Of a stretch of DNA of 48,088 nt, positions 11,701 to 24,759 are shown piece after piece (position 1 is the first letter of the stretch; each line of letters starts with the position of its first letter). Both the position numbers and the translations under genes were made by a program. The DNA is from Hydrurus foetidus (lineage: Eukaryota): positions 1 through 48,088 of the forward strand of contig UYFQ01000034.1 in assembly GCA_900617105.1 (NCBI GenBank). The letters are read 5' to 3'. The notes beneath the pieces are model-generated. The model made no database searches. It saw only the letters and a list, made by a program, of their open reading frames with translations, and was not told the DNA's origin.

Positions 11701-14700
11701 GTTTTGAGGTCCCCAATTTTTTTATTCCAATAATTGTTTTGGAATTCATTCGTGAAACTCCTGGATCTGAATAGTCGCGTGAATGATTTTTCCCGAGGAA
11801 AAAATCAAAATAAGACTGAGAAGCACTCCTTCTGCCTCATTCTGTTTTATTCCATTTCATGTATATATAGCGATACTACCCTATAATGACAGGAGTAACA
11901 TATTAACATTAGATGCTACTTCATTATATTAGGTGAGACAGAACCGGTCGGTGAAGTCCCATTTGAAGTTACGAACAATCCAAAAAACGTCCAAGAAATC
12001 TTGAGAATAAATGAAGTATTGAAGAATTCTAGTTTGCAGAACTTTAATGCCGGATCTAGCCGGGGAGGGGGGCCGGACTTTCTCGGGTGTATGCCGATAA
12101 ATTTAAGCCGGAGGAATTTGTTAAATGTACAGAGGTGAATGATTTAGCAGTGTGTGTAAAAGAGAGTGAATGCGTGCGTCTGTGGACATGAGAGTAGTAG
12201 GGGGAGGGGCTATTGGGGGGTGGGTGGGGAAGGTGTGTGCGTGTTGATGTCGTTGCGCACAGTAATTGTGGTTGTCGAAAAGAAGGAGAGTGTGTGCGAT
12301 TTTCGCCTTTGGAAAGTATCTGTGTGTGCGTGTCTGTCTGTCTGTGTGAGGAATAGAGAGAAAGATCATGATCATCGTTGGGATGGGAGTGAGCTATTTG
12401 AGAGCTCTTTCATGGACACTATTTGTGTCCACTCTTTTCTCCGTTATCCACTGCTAAATATCTCTACTCTCTTACTTATTATTATACAGGAATAATTATT
12501 ATTTGGCCGAGAAGTCTGACGGGATGCGGTATCTTCTTTACGTTATAGAAACCACAGGGTGGGTGGGTGAATAGCTTTTGTGATGTGATACATGAAAATA
12601 CGAAACAATATCTGCACATCAAAGCACGAATAATGAATCATGAAACATTGAATAGCTTAACCTACTCTGTTGTGATCGAAAATGAAAATTTGATCGTTTG
12701 CGACTGAATAGTCACACACACAAAAGCGCACCCACATTAACACCCTCACATAAACACATCTCCATTTAATTGCACTCACGAACACACTTTTACATGACAC
12801 GTTCTCAGATCGGGGGGACAGAGGGAGCTGAGTGCGGTACTGATGAACAGAGCAAAGGTGATCAGTTCCTTACACGGCTCTAAGATAATAGGTGAGAAGA
12901 AAAGAGAGGAGAAGAAAAATAGGAAAAAGAAGAAAAGAAGAGTAGAGTAGAGTAAAGTAGAGGGGAGGGTAGGGGAGAAGAAAAGAGTAGAGGAGAAATG
13001 AGAGGAGGGGAGTGGAGATGGGAAGGGAAGGGAAGACAAGAGAAGGATACTTGGCTTCGCTATCCATTGTAAATTGATAGAGTATTCTTGCATCTGCAGA
13101 AGTAACGATTTCTTGCAATGTTATTATGATATGGTATACGTCCATCCTGACTCTACGAGAATCCGCAAGCATGCAAAGAGTTGAGATTCCTTATAAGTAA
13201 TTCAATTACAGTGGTTAATATTGCCTCCGCTTTTGGTGATTCGTATCCTATCATGTATAATTGCATCCCTTGTATCATTGCATTTCTTGTCCAACTCACT
13301 TACTCTCTCTCTCATTCTCTCACTTACTCTCTCTACTTATCCCTCCGTCATCCTCCTATTATTGCTCTTCCTCCATCCCTCAGGGGCCGCTTTGGGATTG
13401 GGTACGGTTCTTGACGGTGAGTGAATGCAGAACTATACCGCCTTTCTATGGTACCACAATACATGTTCCTTAAACCGACAGTACATCATCATGCACAGTT
13501 TAACGGTTTAATTGGAGGAATTATTCTGTTGGATACCTTCATTTTGCACTAAAATATTTCAATCTTATTAAATCGTCTTCGAATCTTTATCTTTCTGACA
13601 ATTATTATAAGTGCATCGCATTTTTGTCCACAGTCATTACCCTCCATGTAACTCATTTTCATCCTTTATTTGTTTTTGCTGCATTGTTTACTTATTTGCC
13701 TATCAATCTTTAAATTCATATCATTATTTGCAGCTTCACAGTCACTTTATCTCACCTTGTCGAAATGTCCTTCTATTTATACGTGATTGACACATAGAAA
13801 CAATTCATCATTGTGCATAGCTCCTTTCATTTATATATCTTAAATATTCACCCATTTATTTCTGAACATTTCAGGTGAGTTAGTTTACAACATTAGCTTG
13901 AAAGAAACCGTGTACCTGGTGTTCGACGTTTTATCCGTGGAGAACCGACCGTGCTTGCAACTCCCTTTCAAAGAAAGAACAGCCATTATTAGGTGGGATT
14001 TGATGGGTTCAATTTTGTTTCGTTGAATTGTATTGTGTTGTATTGTATTGTGTCGTGATTTTGTTGTAATTGTATTCTATTGTATTCAAATCACATCTTC
14101 TTTTTTACGATTTACTATCACAATCCGTTGCCCATTTTCTGTCCCTGTTCCTCTTGCTGCTCTTGCAACCAGACGAGATATCATGGATCGATGTGCACGA
14201 TATCTCTCCAAACCAGCCCTCACCCCCACAGGCCAGCCTTTAAAAGTGACAAAACTAATCCGGAAAAACTTCGTTGAAAAACATCAATTGCAATCTGATC
14301 TACTATCGAAAATAAGTCTGGTTGACGGGGAGAGAGTTTACTTCGACTCTGACAGAAGGCACCACAAGTCAGATGGTATCATATTCCAGCCCGACACTCC
14401 GTATACTTTTTCTATTGATTCTGATCTCTTGAAATGGAAGTGGCAAGAAGTGCGGACTGTGGACTTGCAGATTCTAGTCGTTCCCAATACAGGGACACAA
14501 CAGGGGTCGAAAGGTAAAGGAGGACATTGTAGAACACTTTCTATTCCCCTCTATGTTTGTGGCGAACACCTACATTGTCCAACACTTCTCATTCCGTGAT
14601 GTATCAAACACTTTCTTCACCACTACATTGACGCACCTTTTTCAAACTTCTTTAATCGCCTGCCTAAAACATAACGGACCTTTTCTTTACTTTCTTTCTT

Positions 14701-17136
14701 CTCATTTTCACTTTCTCCCTTCTCATCTTCACTTTCTCCCTTCTCATCTTCACTTTCTCCCTTCTCATCTTCACTTTCTCCCTTCTTATCTTCTTAGCTA
14801 CTGATTAAATTCACACAATTCTGATAACCATTTCCCTTTTTTGTCTGAATCTGTTCGGTCCAGGATCTAACATTGTCCGACTGCTGTGTGGAGGACCGGA
14901 TGGAAGTCTCATCGACTGTTCTAAAAGAGGTGAGAAACTGTCCGTGTGAAGTACTTCACGTTGATAAGATAAGCACTATTGAGTGACGCACATTCAACTG
15001 CAGCAGCACTTGATGCTTATCCTACCTTTCCTTATTTTATCGTATGATATCTTATATCTCTTACATTGTCTTCTCATATCTTATTCTATCTTCTGTTGTA
15101 TTGTCTTATCTCATACAGCTATTGTATCCTACACAAGGACACTCCCAACATTTTAATTCTGACCACTACAAAACAATTCCACTCCTCACTACCTCTTTCG
15201 CTGATGTCACTACTTCTTCTCTTATCGCAGGAAGGGACCACGTCGGTCTAGGAGAGTTCGACACCTTTCGGTACGTACGTACCTTATAAATGCGAATACA
15301 GATCTTAGACTCCTCTCTCTCATGTGCTATTTTCTATTCCTATTTCCTCCATCGCTTCGTCTATTACCAAAGCAGAATAAAATGATACTATTTTCCAAAA
15401 AACTCAGATGGAGTGGTGGTGAAACCGATCACCCCACACGACCCCACACCATACTAAAAAATACAAAAACCGAGGAACGTTCGCCATTTTTTGCTTTTTT
15501 ATTTTTTAGCATGGTGTGGGGCCGTGTGGGGTGCTTATTATCATCACTCCATTTGAGATTTTCTGGGAGAAAATAGTATCATTTTATTCTGCTTTGGTAA
15601 TATCATTTTTATTTTCATATCTATTCGTCCTTTTTTCGTTCCTCTTTCATTCCACTCCTTTCCTTCTCTTATTCCTTACCTCTTCATCGGTGTCCCTTTC
15701 CCCTTTTTTCCTTCTTTTCTCTTTTAAGTTTGATGGCCGACATCCAGGATTTTCCTCAAGCGAATTCCAGTGCAGGTGTTAGAACAGGATATTAGATGCT
15801 GTTTAATTAAATTTGATGTAAATCCGGATGTATTTTGTCATGTGATTTGAATGTGATAAGATGCTGCGGAGAGATGATGTGATTTGATGAGATTAGGTGT
15901 ATTCCAATAAGAATAGATGCGATACGATAAGTGGTAGGAAACGATACTGTCGTTCCATGATAGGATTAGATGTGTTATCTTAGAACTGGTCGACAACAAA
16001 TCAGATCACATCAAATCAGACCAGATCAGACCAGACCAGATCAGACCAGATCAGATCAGATCAGACCAGATCAGATCAGACCAGATCAGATCAGATCAGA
16101 TCAGATCAGATCAGACCAGATCAGATCAGATCAGATGTCTTCAAATCGTAATACCGCGGATACGATTGGCCTCCACTCAATGCTGCGTAGACTGATCTAC
16201 TCCTAATGAATTTGCAATGCAATGAGTCGTTTAGAAAAGAGAGTGGGAGTGACGGATTCTTTTTTTGAGGGAGTGAATAAGTGAATAAGTGAGTGAGAGT
16301 GTATTAGTGCATATCGCTCACTCTCCACTCCACAGTCTTTCCCTCTTTTCCCATGAATACGTGCGCATTCCGATATGATATCGCTATCTCTCATCTGTCA
16401 CCCCTCTCGGAGATCAGTGTACTTCTTACTGTTCATTATCCAACTCTGCTCTTACATCGCAGTGACCTTTCACCTCTACACTCCATCGTCATCAATTTTC
16501 TGTTTGTCCCCTTCCGCATTCAGCGAATCTCTTCACCACTATTTCTTCAACCGTTATCTCTCGAGATCAGTGACAATGAACACTCACACGTTTTCCCTCT
16601 CCGCCCTGTTATCGACAGGATGGAGTGGAAATAGCGGTAGTAACAACCGTATAGCTGAAGTAGTGTACGATGCATCCATCGGAACATGGGGCTACATGCA
16701 TCTCAGGAAAGGTACGCATCACGTTATTACAGTGCTGACCGCACAGACCAACATTGACATCGAGATACTACTGGTACCCTCGCCCACTTGAGTTGCAACT
16801 ACCTTAATGAACAAACACACACTCACGTACTTTATCCCACCTCTGTGCAGTACACATCGCACAGTGTGTCTAATCGAATAGAATGGAGGAAATCCCAATC
16901 ATTTTATTTTCTTCTATTTCATTTCTTCCATTTCAATTAATTGCGCAGACAAAACAGATCCCAATTACATAGACACAGTGATGGGTGTCTTCATGGAGCA
17001 AGCAGAGGGAATAAGTTCAGAAGAGTTGTTGTACAGAATGTTGATGAAACAAGACAGTGCTGACGACTACAATGCTCATCTACAGAAAATGAAAATGAAA
17101 TTATTAGATTGGCAGATAAAAAGTCAAGGAAAATAG
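8771..17136 (+). CDS. mRNA capping enzyme: N-terminal TTM/CYTH (Cet1-like) RNA triphosphatase fused to guanylyltransferase; about 16-17 exons
   Basis: Spliced exons give EIEVRVG (~8972), YDVRVNAATEQP (~10088), RSKRRKTF...WKIDLTEV (~10683-10757), ELEFE (~11358); GTase FLGCMPINL (~12078), KSDG (12512), LDGE (13409/13876), FD, DGIIF (~14372), LKWK, RKDKTDPN (16705/16949); stop TAG at 17136. One small exon between 15270 and 16619 not resolved. Confidence 0.9.
10318..10520. repeat. (TACTG)n-rich intronic microsatellite
   Basis: Pure run at ~10459-10507 with degenerate flanks. Confidence 0.9.
14700..14790. repeat. 21-bp tandem repeat TCTCATCTTCACTTTCTCCCT, about 4 copies
   Basis: Seen directly; intronic. 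Confidence 0.85.
15362..15602. mobile_element. MITE / fold-back element in a capping-enzyme intron
   Basis: TATTACCAAAGCAGAATAAAATGATACTATTTTC at 15362 and its exact reverse complement ending 15602; imperfect symmetry continues to the centre; terminal TA may be the TSD. Confidence 0.8.
16000..16136. repeat. (TCAGA/CCAGA)n microsatellite
   Basis: Seen directly; intronic. Confidence 0.9.
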
Positions 17137-17940
17137 TTTGGTGCTTGAATAAGATTATAAGATGGCGGTAAGATATGTGATAATGAATTATAAAAATGAT
17201 TTTTATCTGTATACAGTAATGTAAATAAAAACAACGATTTCTGTTTATTGAAATCGTTCCGATTTGGCTCTTCTTCAATTCCGATTTTTGGCTGGATACG
17301 TGTCAAAGTTGAAGATTATGAACTTCAAGTTGAAGTTGAAGTTGAACATGAAGACTTGTCAGTACGTGCCTATTCGGAGTTCGTTCCTGTAGTCTATTGA
17401 ATCAGCTGACAGAATAGATAAAGTCTGCGTCGTATGAGGAGGGGAGGCGATGGGGATGAGAGTGAGAACAAAGATAAGAATGACTACTGTTTGGTAACAC
17501 TGACGTATACTGCTCCGCGCCTGTCAGTAGTGATCGATCTCAACAGACTTGTTTCACTGCTGATCCCTTTCGATGTTGGACTTACTCTTGTACGCCACAA
17601 TGCGTACACACTCTTCACCATTAATGTTTGCATTGCCCTTCATAGGGGTGGGTCCAGCATTAAAATGGATCAGCAGTAAAACACGTCCCTTGATCTCTTC
17701 CGAATGTGTACATGTGTGAGATGCTCCATCACCAAAATATTTTTATTCTCAAAGAAGCCATAACTGAAATTTGAATACGTACGCACTTTTTGTATAAAAT
17801 CAGCAGTCCAATTGGCTGTACAACAATATCTATTTATGTTCTGTTTTATACTACATTACAGTGGTGGATAATTTGTATGAAGCTTGAATACGAAACAAAA
17901 TAAAACACGAAATATAAACAAATACGAAAAATCTTTGAGA

Positions 17941-20900
17941 TTATAATTTAGACCGCAAAGAAGAATTATTTTTACTATCAAAATCAGAACCAGAATTAAT
18001 TCCAGAATCGGAATCCGTGAAATGAGGATTTTCGTAAACTGCCGCTGCTCCCATTCCCGTTCCAATGCAAAGAGATACCACGCCATATCTTTTCCCTGTC
18101 CTTTTTAAATAGTGTAACAGTGTTACAACAAGCCGAGTACCTAAAATGAGAGAAGCAAAATAAATAAATGGGCAAATGAATAATAAATGGGCGAAAATTC
18201 TGCAGAAAAATTAAAATGCACTTTTGTAGAAATAGAAGAAATCACAGTCAAGTAATTGACATTTAAAAATCTAAAAAAGGATTTCTAAAGTTGGAATAGT
18301 GACGAGTAACCTGAACAACCGAGTGGGTGTCCTAGCGCAATGGCTCCTCCTAAGGGATTCACTTTCTCAACGGGGATCCCCAAGTGACGTATGCAGAACA
18401 AACATTGAGAAGCGAAGGCCTGTCCATTATAGAGGGAAGGAGGGGGGGATTTTAGTACTACATTAATGGGTAGTCCTCAGGGTGTAATGATATGTTTAAT
18501 AAAATACTAAATATCTGACGGATTTGGGCAGATGAGTGAACAAGAACAAAAAGAAGAATTTTATTTTCTCGACTGGAGGTACAAAATGTGTGCAGGCACA
18601 CCCAGTGCAGTGCAGTGCAGGAACACCCAGTGCAGTGCGGTGCAGGAACACCCAGTGCAGTGCAGTGCAGGAACACACAGTGCAGTGCAGTGCAGGAACA
18701 CACAGTGCAGTGCAGTGCAGGAACAAACAGTGCAGTGCAGTGCAGGAACACACAGTGCAGTGCAGTGCAGTGCAGGAACACCCAGTGCAGTGCAGTGCAG
18801 GAACACACAGTGCAGTGCAGTGCAGGAATACACAGTGCAGTGCAGGAACACACAGTGCAGTGCGGTGCAGGAATACACAGTGCAGTGCAGTGCAGGAACA
18901 CACAGTGCAGTGCAGTGCAGGAACACACAGTGCAGTGCAGTGCAGTGCAGGAACACACAGTGCAGTGCAGTGCAGGAACACACAGTGCAGTGCAGTGCAG
19001 GAACACACAGTGCAGTGCGGTGCAGGAATACACAGTGCAGTGCAGTGCAGGAACACAGAGTGCAGTGCAGGAACACACAGTGCAGTGCAGTGCAGGAACA
19101 CACAGTGCAGTGCAGTTGCAGTGCAGGAACACACAGTGCAGTGCAGTGCAGGAACACACAGTGCAGTGCAGTGCAGGAACACACAGTGTAGTGCAGTGCA
19201 GGAACACACAGTGCAGTGCAGTGCAGGAACACACAGTGCAGTGCAGTGCAGGAACACACAGTGCAGTGCAGTGCAGGAACACACAGTGTAGTGCAGTGCA
19301 GGAACACACAGTGCAGTGCAGTGCAGGAACACACAGTGCAGTGCAGTGCAGGAACACACAGTGCAGTGCAGTGCAGGAACACACAGTGCAGTGCAGTGCA
19401 GGAACACACAGTGCAGTGCAGTGCAGTGCAGGAACACACAGTGCAGTGCAGTGCAGGAACACACAGTGCAGTGCAGTGCAGGAACACACAGTGCAGTGCA
19501 GTGCAGTGCAGTGCAGGAACACACAGTGCAGTGCGGTGCAGGAACACACAGTGCAGTGCAGTGCAGGAACACACAGTGCAGTGCAGTGCAGGAACACACA
19601 GTGCAGTGCGGTGCAGGAACACACAGTGCAGTGCGGTGCAGGAACACACAGTGCAGTGCAGTGCAGGAACACACAGTGCAGTGCAGTGCAGGAACACGCA
19701 GTGCAGTGCGTTGCAGTGCAGGAACACACAGTGCAGTGCAGTGCAGGAACACACAGTGCAGTGCAGTGCAGGAACACACAGTGCAGTGCAGTGCAGGAAC
19801 ACACAGTGCAGTGCAGTGCAGGAACACACAGTGCAGTGCGGTGCAGGAACACACAGTGCGGTGCAGTGCAGGAACACAGGGGTGCAGTGCAGTGCAGTGC
19901 AGGAACACACAGTGCAGTGCGGTGCAGGAACACACAGTGCAGTGCGGTGCAGGAACACACAGTGCAGTGCAGTGCAGGAACACACAGTGCAGTGCAGTGC
20001 AGGAACACACAGTGCAGTGCAGTGCAGTGCAGTGCAGGAACACACAGTGCAGTGCGGTTCAGTGTTACATTCCAATGGCTTCATAACAACTGATGGTCGT
20101 CGTCCCACTGCACTGCTATGATACAGTACAGCTCTTTTATCGTGATGCAACTCGTATAATGCACTGCAATGCAATGTAACTCTTCTATCGCATTGCTAAC
20201 AATCTGTTGCCGTAAAACACATTCAATGAAAATCATTGATTGCAGCCAATACAACACAGTACAACTCATTCAATGAAAATCATTGATTGCAGCCAATACA
20301 ACACAGTACAACTCATTCAATGAAAATCATTGATTGCAGCCAATACAACACAGTACAACTCATTCGATGCAAATCATTGATTGCAGCCAATACAACACAG
20401 TACAACTCATTCGATGCAAATCATTGATTGCAGCCAATACAACATAGTACAACTCATTCAATCAAACTCGTCAATCGGGATACAGCTTGTGCAATGCGAA
20501 CCACTTCCATGTGTGTCACCTCGTTGATTTCAAAGACGTCTATATCCGACATGTGCAGCCCTGCAGCACGGACGGCAGTGGGTATCGCGAAGGCCGGACC
20601 CACTCCCATGATACTGGGTGGAACTCCCACCACTGGAGGGGATAGAGGGTAATTAGAGAAAGGTGTTGAGCAAAAGGAAAATGAGTAGAAGGTTAACCGG
20701 TTGATGAGAGGATAGATAAAGAATAAAAGAAACTGAGACAAAGGGATGTAAGCATGAGAAATATTAAAGAAACTGAGAAGGAAAAGGCCGCCGACATCCT
20801 AGGCATCTACACAACACAATACAATACAATGCACTCTAACGTACCTTTGTATGATCGCATGATTCCCAGTATCGGTAGACCCATGTTCGCAGCGAAGGAT

Positions 20901-23900
20901 GCCCTCGCTACCAGCACTGCTGCCGCTCCATCGCTCAACTAAAGGCAGAGGAAAAGAGAAATAAAAATGGAAATAAAAGGAAACAGACAGAAAACTGGAG
21001 AAAAAGTAGATAGGAAAAAGAGGAAATGTAGATTGGAAAATAAGAGGGAAAAGTAGATAGGGAAATGAGAAATATTGTACAGAATACTATATGAAATCTA
21101 TCGGGATCAAAAGAATCACAGATAAAGAGTATACATGCAAGCACTGAGAGGAAATGAGATGAGAGCAGAGTACTCATCAAGGTCATGTAGAGCAGAGATC
21201 AAATGATGAACAGAAGGACAGTAAAGAACAAGGAGAGGAGACGAGAGGAAAATTGAGGTACATGTAGACGGGGCAGAAGGTGTGTGTGTGTGTGTGTGTG
21301 GTTGTCATCCCGTTTTTGTGGGGTCACTATTCGCCATTTAGCTTTCGACTAATAGCGCATGGGGTATTTGCAGAAGCGCTTTCTCCTTTCTCTCCCTTAA
21401 ATTGCTACTGAAAGCGTACAGTATGTGTACAGAACAAAATAAGTTCCGTTCATCTCCTGTAGGGTCGACATGTGAGAGGTATACAGTGACACCTCTCTTG
21501 CCTTTTCCTCTTCTCCTCTCATTCGTTACCTCCTTTCCTCCTTCCTCCTCTCTCTCTCTACCCCACTTCTTTCTTCCTTGCTCTCCTCTTCACTTCCTTC
21601 CTCTCCACTCCCTTTCTCTCACATCACCTCATCTCCTCCCCTCCCTTCTCTTTACTCTGATTCTCACCTGACTGCTGTTCCCTCTTCCCTCCCTTTCTTC
21701 TTCTCTTCTCTTCTCTTCTCCTCTCTCTCTTCTTTTTATACCAATTCTCACCCTCCTCTTCTCTTCTTTCCCTTCCTCTCCTCTCCTCTACCCTTCCTCT
21801 CGTCTCATCTAACTCATATCTCCCACAACCTGTTTCTAATTCTCACCTGACTGCTGTTTCCAGCTGTCGTGGTACCGCCCTTTGCAAATGCTGGTTTAAG
21901 TTTCTTCAACGCTTCTACCGACGTGTCATCTCTTATCCCTGCCGTACAGTGAATGTAGTTAAATTGATTATGGTTGTCAAGTGTAACTTTGTGTCTATCT
22001 TATTCCAGTGTTACCCTAACTGAATACGATGTTGTTGAATGCTCGTTATTTATGTCCTCTTAAACTGTAGAGAAATATCGTATATTACGTTGCTGCATAC
22101 GCAATAGGAGATAATATCCTATCATGTGAACAATAGTGGTGGAAGTCACGTACGTACCATCGTCTTCTCGAACCCCCCCAACTGCCACTATTTCATGTTC
22201 GAAAAAACCTTCTCTTCTCGCTGTAGAAGCTTTGGCATGAGAAGTTAGAGAGAAGGCGTCTTGGTCTTGTCTCGAGATTTGAAACTGCTTCGCGACGTTC
22301 TCACTGAACAGTACGTACGCACGTACAGCATGCACGTACAGTATGGACGGGATAGGGAGGGCGGGAGGGAGTGAAAAAAGTGGCAAAGTTGCAAGAGAAG
22401 GAGGAGTGGGGAGCGAGGATGCGCTGACTAATTAGAGCGCACTCATCGTTCTGAGCTACCAGTAAATACGAATGCGACGTTACAACAACCATCTCTGGTA
22501 TTTTTAGCATATAGTCAACATTTTGTTTATATTTGGTTTAATTCCCATTTTATTAGACGACGATGTAAGATTTATGAGTTGTTAGCCACTCACACATGCA
22601 AGGCAACTAATGACCGACTAATTTCTTCCGCACTAACCTAAGTGATTTTTCTCATGTTTATTTATTATAGATGAGCCGTATTCAGTATGTGATGACGTCA
22701 GGGTAGGTTGATTAGTGTCGCCATCCTATTGCTCTTTTCTCATCTCCTCAACTACATGAGACTAGACCAGGCTAATGTAGAGCAGAGAAGAGTAGACTAG
22801 AGTGGAGTGACATAGAGTGACGTAGAGTGGAGCGGAATTCAGTACCTGGTGATTCCCATGGGTGTGGTGCACTCATTCGCTTCTTCGTTTTGTTTAACAG
22901 CTGACCAGCATACTACCTGATGATAGCATATGATGCGAGAAGACGCATGAATGAAAGAACTGTATTCTGTGAGTTGCAGCAGATGACGATGCACGTGTAA
23001 TGTCACTTGTGTGAACCACCTTGTGTTGTGTAAATCCCAAGAAAAGAGACAAAAAAGGAGGTATAAAGAAGGATGCCGATCGCACGAAGATGATTCACGT
23101 AGACCATATCATGCCATTCATTCAGTGGCAGAAAAATGCAGGTGCTGAAATACAGATACTCAAATACAAATACAAATACAGATACTCAACAAATACTCAA
23201 ATACAAATACAAATACAGATACTCAACAAATACTCAAACACAAATACAAATACAGATACTCAACAAATACTCAAACACAAATACACAAATACAGATTCTC
23301 AAATACAAATACAGATACTCAACAAATACTCAAACACATCCCTCTCCCTCCCCCATACTAACCGGTGTGGCCGACTCTAGGGTACTATGGGTCATCGATT
23401 CTACCCCTGCCGCTATGCCGCAAGCGATGCCACCGCTACGGTACAATACGGTACGTTCATATGTTACAGTGAGATGAAATGTGAAGAGATTGGTGTAAAA
23501 GTGATAAGTTGCCATGAAGCGGACAAGGGCATCAAGGCAGGATAGTGTAAGTGAAGTGAAGTGAAGTGAAATTGAGCCGAAGGACAATAAAATATTCAGA
23601 ATTGGATGCGGCTGTTGTAAGAGGTGAAATCGGACCAGAATGGAAGAGTTGAAAAGGAAAATGAGAGAGACGTGTGTAGAGATAGATAGAGATAGTTGTA
23701 TAACATGCATATACAGATGAGATCTAGAGGAAGAGAACGAAAGACACAAGGCACACCTGTCAATATTTGCTGCAATGCAAGCAATTGCTTGAAGGCCCGA
23801 TGCGCACTGTCTATTCACGGCATATATCGGCACTGTTGAAGGCAGTCCAGCTACAAGCATCGCCATCCTGCTCATAGTAGCTCCAGCTCCTAGAGAAAAG

Positions 23901-24759
23901 TATTCTTACGTCATTTCTTCGCATGAAAACAGTTACTGCGTGGTATAGAGTGCGTATCGTTCTTTAGGTATACTTAATTTGCCACTTTGTTTTCTTCGAG
24001 ATTTCTACCATGAGTAACTCGATGAGTTGAAATTGTTACAACTTCAGGACATTGGTGATCGTACAAGAACGCATCGAGGACGAAAATGACCGGCCTCAAT
24101 TTGGCATATGTTTTGCCTCATCAAAAGTAACACGATGATACGACTAGAGAGTGTATAAAGGATGCATTTCATCACTCGAGAGTAGACGCTGTCAACAGAA
24201 TCCAGAAAATTTGATACGAGTATTCTAGCATCCACCTGGTTGTAGAACGTTTCCAACAGCGATATCATCGACAAAACTGCCGGGCAGATTGACTCGCAGT
24301 AGCAATTCCTTGGATGTTTGGTTAGTAGGAAGAGGATAAGATAGAACGAATGAGACAACCAGAGCCTAAAATGTGACAGTCAGAAGTGGCTGCTGATTCT
24401 TACAAGTAATTTGACTCTTTCTTGCAGAGTATATGAATTCCGAATTTGGTTTTGTCAGGAGCGAAGGAGTCTAAGCGACCTTCCCACGTAACAGACAAAA
24501 GTAGGCTACACTCATTGAATAAGACAAGAGGGCCGTGCATAAACAGATCAGCAATGTTTAGCTCAAGATAAGTTGATGGAATAACCTTTAAGACAACAGA
24601 AAGCAGTTGATCAGCTCTGAAATCTTTGAGCTTTCCCCTATTTGCTTTCGTAACTGGAGTCCTAACACCTTCGATGATAACTATGGCGTCCGATGGAATA
24701 TCAAGTGGTACCTTTGAAGCCATCAGCGTCTTCACGAGACGGTCTCTTTCCGTGCCCAT
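17941..24759 (-). CDS. 3-ketoacyl-CoA thiolase (acetyl-CoA acyltransferase), peroxisomal, 11 exons
   Basis: Exons give [36 protein letters not shown] (catalytic Cys, ~23805), [64 protein letters not shown]; ends LRSKL-stop (TAA 17943-17941). Confidence 0.93.
18594..20056. repeat. Intronic minisatellite, 25-bp unit GAACACACAG(TGCAG)3, roughly 58 units
   Basis: Seen directly; TGCAG copy number varies 2-5 per unit; lies between thiolase exons at ~18420 and ~20520. Confidence 0.97.
20220..20460. repeat. 47-bp tandem repeat, 5 copies
   Basis: CATTCAATGAAAATCATTGATTGCAGCCAATACAACACAGTACAACT, period 47. Confidence 0.93.
23146..23336. repeat. Degenerate intronic minisatellite of AAATAC / AGATACTC units
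   Basis: Seen directly. Confidence 0.85.

Noticed and set aside
18458..20174. Long Cys/His- or Gln/Cys-rich ORFs in all six frames
   Set aside because: Artefact of a stop-free 25-bp satellite inside a thiolase intron; not a metallothionein-like gene
18594..20460. CRISPR-like appearance of the arrays
   Set aside because: Pure tandem repeats with no unique spacers, eukaryotic intron, no cas genes
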